Below the pieces are notes generated by a model that had not been told where the DNA came from, made no database searches, and saw nothing but the letters and a program-made list of their open reading frames with translations. From the NCBI GenBank assembly GCA_964016885.1, contig OZ024744.1, positions 37,014,001 to 37,078,000 of the forward strand: DNA of 64,000 bases, given 5' to 3'. This document shows positions 56,540 to 64,000 of this stretch, in pieces. Origin of the DNA: Eledone cirrhosa (lineage: Eukaryota). Position 1 is the stretch's first letter. The number at the start of each line of letters is the position of its first letter. The translations under genes were made by a program, and so were the position numbers.

Positions 56540-59500
56540 TTTGAAGATATGACAGGCGCATACTCAGAGCAGGTCCATTTACTCGGTCCATGCATGCCTC
56601 TCACTCATCTTTCAACAAAATGCTGGGAAGAGAGCACTTCCCTCTCCACCCTGATTTTCCTTTTCAAATGAAATTTGAAAAAGTTAATTAGGGCATCACC
56701 GAAGAGATAAGTGCTCGTCTTCAACCCTTTCAAACACGACCTCTTTCGCCATGGCAACCGGGCAGGCAAAAACTGCCTGCCCTTCCTGGCTAAAGGAAGA
56801 CGGTGGGGAAATACTCACGATGGACTCAGCTGATAGCCGAATCCGGCCTACACACAACAGCAGGTGTTTGACATAAAACCACAAGTCAGCAATGCTCGGA
56901 CACTGGACGAGAACGTGCAGGACGGTTTCATCGTGCTCCGCGCATCTAGGACAGGCATGGCTGACGGCACTGCCATATCTGTAGAATTTATCCCGAACTG
57001 TCAAAGCTCCTCGGTAGCACTGCCAGGCCTGGAAGTTGTCCATGGGCCCCGACCCGAAAGTTCATCGAAGAGATTGGCTAGTTGATTTTCGTCAACGCCC
57101 AGAGACTCCCCAAGGATGCCGTCGCTCTTTTCCTGCACTAACCCTTTATACAACGCTGATGTGGAGTTTGCACCGATCGCATTGCCCGACTAGTCGAGGG
57201 CTGTGAGCGCCTGAAGACATTCCAGTCTCCAAGCGCCAAGGAGACGAGCTGGGGAAACACACGTCTAACAAACGGCGACCACACCTGATCACCGTCGAGG
57301 AAGAGGTGGAGATGTCACCGCTTCGTATTCTTTTAGTTACTGCCGATATTGCAGTAATGGCTCGAGAGTCAATACGTACAACAGGGACGAGAGGGACATC
57401 CTTGGCGGACCGAGCGCATGATGTTGAAAGATTCAACATCATGCGCTGAAGACGGACACAAAGCCGGCTGCCGTCAGGACCGCCGCCACATAACTATGGT
57501 CAACCCTATCGAAAGCTTTCGACTGATCTAAATTGATGAAGGACTCACGCGTGCCAGGTGCGTTAGCTACCGTCTCCACGATGTATCGCATGAGATGGAG
57601 GTTGTCGTGGATGGATCTCTCTGGAATTGCGCATGTCTGCACATCTCCCGCCAGACCACCAACGACAAGCGCTAACCTCTTAGCGAGCACCTTGTCCAAA
57701 ATCTTGAAATCTGCGTTTAGCAGAGTTATGGGCCTGAAATTATCTATGTTGCCCCCTTTGTTCGGGTTCTTTCTCAGGGGCGCTACCGCTCCTCGGCTCA
57801 CAGAGCTAGGAATTCTCCCCTTCTGCTGCCAGTTGCAGTAGACATTCGCCAAGATGTCTCCGAACAAGTTTGGCATGTGTACCTAAAGCTCGTAGGGCAG
57901 ACAATCCAAACCACTTGATTTACTCATCGTGCAGCCAGTCATTGCTACCCATATTTAAGTGGCTGTTATCGGCCTTTCCCAACACTCCGCCTCACTGGCC
58001 GAGAGCCCCGGCAGTCCGTCAAGGTAGGCGCTAAAGTCCATCCTGCGATCCGACCAACCGTTGCCTCCGAACAGCTGAGTGAAGTGCCGCTGAAAAGCCG
58101 CATACATTTGCTCGGGGTCGAGTAACATGCGCCCGTCGTGGTCCTCCAAAGACCGGATCGTGGCTTTGTTGCCATGACGCCCTTCAACCACTCGGGCCCA
58201 TCGAACGGCTTTCGTCCCTTCGTTTCTGAGAGCACGCGTCCTAGGTCTGACAACGCAGCCTTCGTGCTTTCCGTTGAAGAATTGGTCGAGGCCAATGTTA
58301 CCGCAAGCACGTCGGTCGTCATGCCTTTACTAATCGCCTCGTCTAATTTTCTAACTATTTCTCGCTCAGTTTTTTTTCTCTACTGCTAACTCGTTACTAA
58401 ACCTAATGGACATCATTCTAATCGCCCGTTTCAGGCCAACCACCATTTGTTGTTGACGATGCCCCGTCAACGCCTGCTTAACTAGTTCGCTAATCCGGTC
58501 TCTAAGCTTTGCGCGTTGTCAACGACGCGTTTAGCTTCTAGTAGCCGGGTTCCTGTCTATGAAGCCTATCTAAGTAGACCACACAGATCACGAATTTGTG
58601 GTCCGTGTGGTCGATTATTTTGAATTGTGGGCAACTTATGCTAGAACTATCTATTTCCTTATAAAGCCTAAAGCACAGCCTTCGATGTTGGTGACGTCCA
58701 GCACCATCGACTTACCTTCTGGGTCCGTATCACGAGATCCAGGCCATTCGAAACTACATAGCTACTCCACCTCCCGATTCCGCCGGCTTGGAGATGCGTA
58801 CACATCCTAACCGCCGAAGATGGTTGCGAAGGCAGTTTCTCGGAAATTCTGGTCTCAGTGATGGCCACCACATCTACGTTCATTGACCTGAGGTCGTTGA
58901 GCAGGTGACCCTGTTCCATGACGGCCCCAGGCCACGCGCATTTATGCTGCCTATTCGGAGTAAGGTTGAAAAGGAGTGGAAAATGATGGGAAAGACCACT
59001 TACCTTAGTTCTTGTGGAGGAAGGATGGTTTTTCCGTTCTTATGGCTGTTTGTGGCCCCCTTCATAGGGGTGTCTTTATATATCCTCCTGGAAAGTGTTT
59101 GTCGGAAGTCTCCGATGTCTTCTTGGAATTTTAATTTTAATGTTGTGTATGTTTTCTGTGTGATTCGAGTGATTTATATCTGTGTGATTTGGTGTGAATT
59201 TTTTTGATGTTGCATAGTTTTTTTCTGTGATGGTGTTGTGTTGGATGTAGTGTAATAATTGCATGTTCAAGTTTAATGCTGTGTAGTGTGTTTAGGTTTG
59301 GCTGCTTTTCTGTTTCGCTTGTTGGTGTTTTTTGTGGTATTGGTGATGGGATGTTGGGTTTCATGATGGTGTCGGTATTTGTAGTGATGGGGTTGGTGAT
59401 GCTGGTAGCGGTGTGGCTGGTGGCGTATCTGTCTTAACTTTCTTGTTAGTTTGTTTGTATGATGTCGCCCTTTATTTTCTTTTTGGAGGGCGAAGGAAGA

Positions 59501-60030
59501 GGGTGTGGTGGGTGTGTGTGTGGGGGGGGGGGGCATTTTTTTCCAGATACAGTTTCGTACTCCTCCTCGTCACAATCTGTCTCCAGTTGTGAGAGGGTGG
59601 GGTGTGGAAGGTCTCTCACAAGCGTTGGTGTTGGTTGTGGCATGGTGGATGGTGGAGGCGCTGGTGCTAATTCTGGCGCGGTGGGTGGTGATGGTCTTGG
59701 TCCTGCAAGTTTGCTGCTACAGTTGCTGCTGCCATTTATGCTGCTGGTTTTGATGGATGAGTTACTGAGGTGGGCAGTAGAGGTGGCCTTAATTTATTAG
59801 CCATCCCCTGAGGACAGAAGACCTTTACGTGAGTTCCCTCGCCACAAAAGACAAACCTAGGCCTTCTACTCTCAATGATGTGGCTGACGTCATTGAGGTC
59901 TATCACCTCTGGAATCTCTTGGATGTTGTTTTGGTCCGCTTGGATCAGGAGCTCCATTCCAGATCTGGACCAGTTTTCCTGTTTTACTCTAATAACCACG
60001 ATCACTTTTGTGTCGGCCTCGATGTATAAA
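56540..60030 (-). mobile_element. Degenerate Tx1/L1-like LINE: ORF1 remnant, APE, RT and zinc knuckle, with internal deletion
   Basis: FCGEGTHVKVFCP (ORF1 CCHC); INARGL..VAITET (APE); NFRPITLLNADFKIL..LDQSKAFDRVDH (RT); CPRC..ETVLHVLVQC. Confidence 0.9.
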
Positions 60031-61964
60031 AACTGACCACTGCCATTACAAATCTTCTAATTTTCATGCATCGTTTCGAAGGAATTTAGAAATCTCTACT
60101 GTTGAAAGCAGTTGTGGAAGTACGTTTTCATCACTACGCGAACTACTCCCTTGCTATTTTCTTAACCTCTTAAGGTGAGGTTTCCAATATCATCATGCAA
60201 CAAATCCTAATTATTAGCTACTTTAACATTTTAAAATCGCAGATCCTTGCCGTAATTACAAGTCTATTGCTGATTGAGCCTGATTCCTCCTCTCTTTTAT
60301 GGCATTCCTTAACTATATTTGGATAAGATATTCTCCAAATGTTCATGATACATATAAATAATACAATAAATGATAATTATTAGCTGCCTGAACATCTTAA
60401 AATCACACTTTACTTGTCATATTTACAAGTTTATTGCTGATGAGTCTGATTCATCCTCTCTTCTTTAGCCTTCTTTAATTATATATGTACAAAGTCTTCT
60501 CTAAATCCTAATGAATATCTTCCAAGCCAACATAATATTTCCTTTGACAGTATAATTTAATTTTTCCATAATTCTTTGGCTGTCTCATGTTTATCGTCAG
60601 TCGCTATAATCAACTAGTTTAAAGTTCTTCTGAAATAAAATGTTTTGTAAACGGAATTATCTTCCCGATTCTTACATAATTTGTTTGTAGTGAAGTGGTG
60701 TTTGGTCGAAAGAAAAGTCAATTAAATAGTTTACACGCGTTTGGAGTGAAATAGGGTGGCTGAGAGCGTTTCCACAAACAAAAATAGCCTGAGATAGAAT
60801 ATATTTTTTTCTGACAGTAACATCTCATGTCAGAACGCAAATTTTCTTTCAACGAACTATGTCAAGCAGATTGGATTTGGTACTATTTTCATCACTCCTA
60901 GTGTCCCAGAAGGAAAAGCAATGGCTTAAGTTTTAAGTATTCCTTGATATTTGCATTGGTATTTGCTTCAAGCTACAATGATGTTCCTTTGAATATTGAA
61001 TGATCACCTCGTGTTATATACCCTCGTGTCTTTGTTTTCATCTTTTGAGATAAGGGTTTATAAAGCGTGACCGCTTGCCAAATAGCACACTATCGACTAC
61101 ATTAAAAGTCTAAATTTAGTGAATATTTTCTTATTCTTATTATACCATTCAACTTTCATGGAAATTTCGTTGAACCTTGAATGTCAGTTTTTGTATTCCT
61201 CAGCTATCTGTATGATTTCTTCAATCTCTCTCAACTGTTTGAATAATTTTAACGACTTTGTTGGATAATGCCTTCGAACGTAAAGTATAATTTAAGCTGG
61301 CCCATTGTTAATTGGCTAGTCCATATAGGGTGGAAGGATGGGAGTATGATTTATCTTCTGTCAAATCTTTGGAGTTTGCATTGTGTGATAACCTCCTTTC
61401 AAACTGGAGACAAGAAATTATCAATGTTGCTCGCTTACGATTCTACGAACATTTTAAATGCTAATTTGTTATCCCAAATAGATAAAATTACAGCCATTCA
61501 GGGACACCACCATTATATAGGCATTTTTAATAACACTTAACGATATCTTTTTTACTTAATTGCTTTTACTTTTTCTACATAAATTTAAACACCATATCTC
61601 CAGAAAATAGACAGTATATAAACATATTCTTACGCCATACTATTATTATAGAATAACACTTGAGTGATAAATAAAACATACTTAATCATAACCCCAGAAT
61701 TAATTCTATAGAGTAACAGGATAAGGTAGCAAGCAAATACTCAGGAAATACTACCTGACATCAATTTTTAATTTGTTTTCCAGTGGTCCCACCATAATAA
61801 ACTTTTAGATATTAAAATTAGATTCATAAAACTTTATTGCAAATATTTTTTCTCTGGCTATTCAATAAAATGTATTGTCATATTATTTGAATTGCAATGT
61901 TCCTTTGAAGAATATGTGTGCCACATGTTCCATCATTGTCTTATATATATATATATATTGCTTA

Positions 61965-62400
61965 TGGTCAAGATTCTTGGGTAATGACCGAAAAAATCGA
62001 TCGCGAATAGAAGCGGGCGAAATGGGGTTCCTCCGAAGAGCCTTTGGAGTAATGTTACTGGATAGTGTACGTAGCTTGGAGATCAGAGACTCACTCCAGG
62101 TAGAGCCGCTACTTCTCTGCATTGAGAGATCACAGCCCCGATATTATGGGCATGTAGTTAGAATGTATCAGGAGAGAATCGCTGGACAGATTTTACGGGC
62201 AAAACCAACTGGCAAGAGAATCAGAGAGGGTAGACTCCGAGCAAGATGGTTGGATAACATCCATGAACTTGGCTGCTCTTGCTTGAGTATCTAATAAGAT
62301 CAGTTGGAGACGATTGCTACTGTCAGGACCCCTTGGAGCAAATGTTTCAGGACTCTTCCCCCACAACCGTCTCAGGAATATGTGGGCGAACAGGAAGAAG
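61965..62400 (+). mobile_element. RTE-like LINE 3' fragment
   Basis: EMGFLRR..SLEIR..YYGHVVRM..GR.R.RW. Confidence 0.75.
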
Positions 62401-62454
<54 letters not shown>

Positions 62455-62593
62455 AAAAGAAAAACCAGTGATGCATCTGAACTCAATTTATTGTGTGATA
62501 CAATTGTTTCGCCGGTGGACAGCTCGAGACGCGATCATTGCATAGAGTGCTCAATCGGCATACCGCCTATGGCAGCATCTTAGCTACCATCCG

Positions 62594-62724
<131 letters not shown>

Positions 62725-63534
62725 TATTGATATACATATAAGAAATGTCCATTAGTTTTGCTCAATGAATTAATTAAATAATTGACTAACTGCCACATGA
62801 CATTTTTTCCCTTTCGAAAATATCACCAGTAACTGACACTTGAAATTATTCCTTGGATTGAGAATGTCTCCTGAAGAGCTGTGATGTATCGCAGCGGAGG
62901 ATATACTAACTTAATGGAATATCCGCGCCGAAATATATTAAGGTTTAATGTTTCGAGAAAGCCCACTATTTAAGTAGAGTATTTATTCCCTTGAATATAT
63001 TTATATATATATAGCGCGTTGATGTACCTATGATGTATAAAGTTGATGTACTTATTCACGTGACAGGCATCAACCAACCAAATTTCACTTATATATATAA
63101 AAAACAAGAATTTGAGCCACATTTTAAAAGGCAAATATAATAATAACTTTGTAATGCGAACTAGCGCGAAATGTTTTATACTTATTCATGTGACAGTCAT
63201 CAACCAAACAAATTATTAAAAAGAAAACAGCCCAGCAATTTGAGCCACTCTTTCCACATAAAACAGAAGTAAGATTCGAACACCAAGCAGATGCCAGAAA
63301 AACCACAAACCCTCAATCTCAATTCTACTTTTGAAAAGCATAAGAACTGAAACCGGTAAAGGAAAAAAATAAATATTCGTAAAAAGACTCCAGTTGCTTT
63401 TCTGATTTATTTTCCTATCCTTATATATATATATATATATATATATGTAGAGGTTATATTTAATTTGTTGGGATACAACAACCAAAATATTTTTATAACT
63501 GATATAAAGCACTCAACAAATTATTAGAGTAAAT

Positions 63535-63840
63535 ATACAATATATTAACAAATGGAAACTATATTTATAAAACCATATTTATTTCATTATACATATTTCA
63601 AGGGCCACCAAGGCAGATTATGGTGCGCTTTCATCAGATAAAATATAATATGGATTAGTTTTATAAATAAATATTGACATACCCTGAACAAATGCAACCT
63701 TCACGGTTGTAGCCTCAATCTATATTACATTTTATCTGATGAAAGCGCGCCATAATCTGCCTTGGTGGCCCTTGAAATATGTATAATGAAATACATATGG
63801 TTTTATAAATATAGTTTCCATTTGTTAATATATTGTATAT
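63535..63840. repeat. Inverted repeat, ~115 bp arms, each with an HHR-like motif (63586-63642 minus, 63731-63786 plus)
   Basis: CTGATGA-AAG..CCA..TGG..CTT-GAAA-TATG-TA core intact in both arms. Confidence 0.75.
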
Positions 63841-64000
63841 ATATATATGTATATGCCCTGCGTCTCAAACAGACCAGTGCCTGTCCTTAGAGCGTCAACA
63901 TACTTTAACCTTAGTCTTCCTCTTCCGGTGTGTCTATGTAGGGGCTTCCACAGGAGCACTGAGTGCAGTGTCAACTCTGGATGTCGGTGAGCATGTGCAG

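Overview
This is AT-rich, microsatellite-saturated animal DNA. The SINE and repeat spectrum suggests a cephalopod (octopus-like) genome, which is an inference. No intact host gene is evident. The window is a retroelement graveyard containing RTE, R4/Dong-like RLE and Tx1/L1 LINE fragments, at least seven Penelope-like (PLE; RT/GIY-YIG) remnants with tandem or inverted pseudo-LTRs, tRNA-derived Nin-domain-like SINEs, Helitron-like non-autonomous elements and a near-identical ~3.77 kb tandem duplication. The main hidden signal is about 14 distinct families (over 20 copies) of type I hammerhead ribozyme (HHR) motifs, read by eye in PLE terminal repeats. They include minimal forms with a palindromic helix III, forms with a very long helix II, and non-canonical catalytic cores: a compensatory U3-A8 pair in two unrelated families, U4A fixed across a multicopy family, and U4C. 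Possible minus-strand host exons are reported at low confidence. Most ORFs in the supplied track are microsatellite artefacts.
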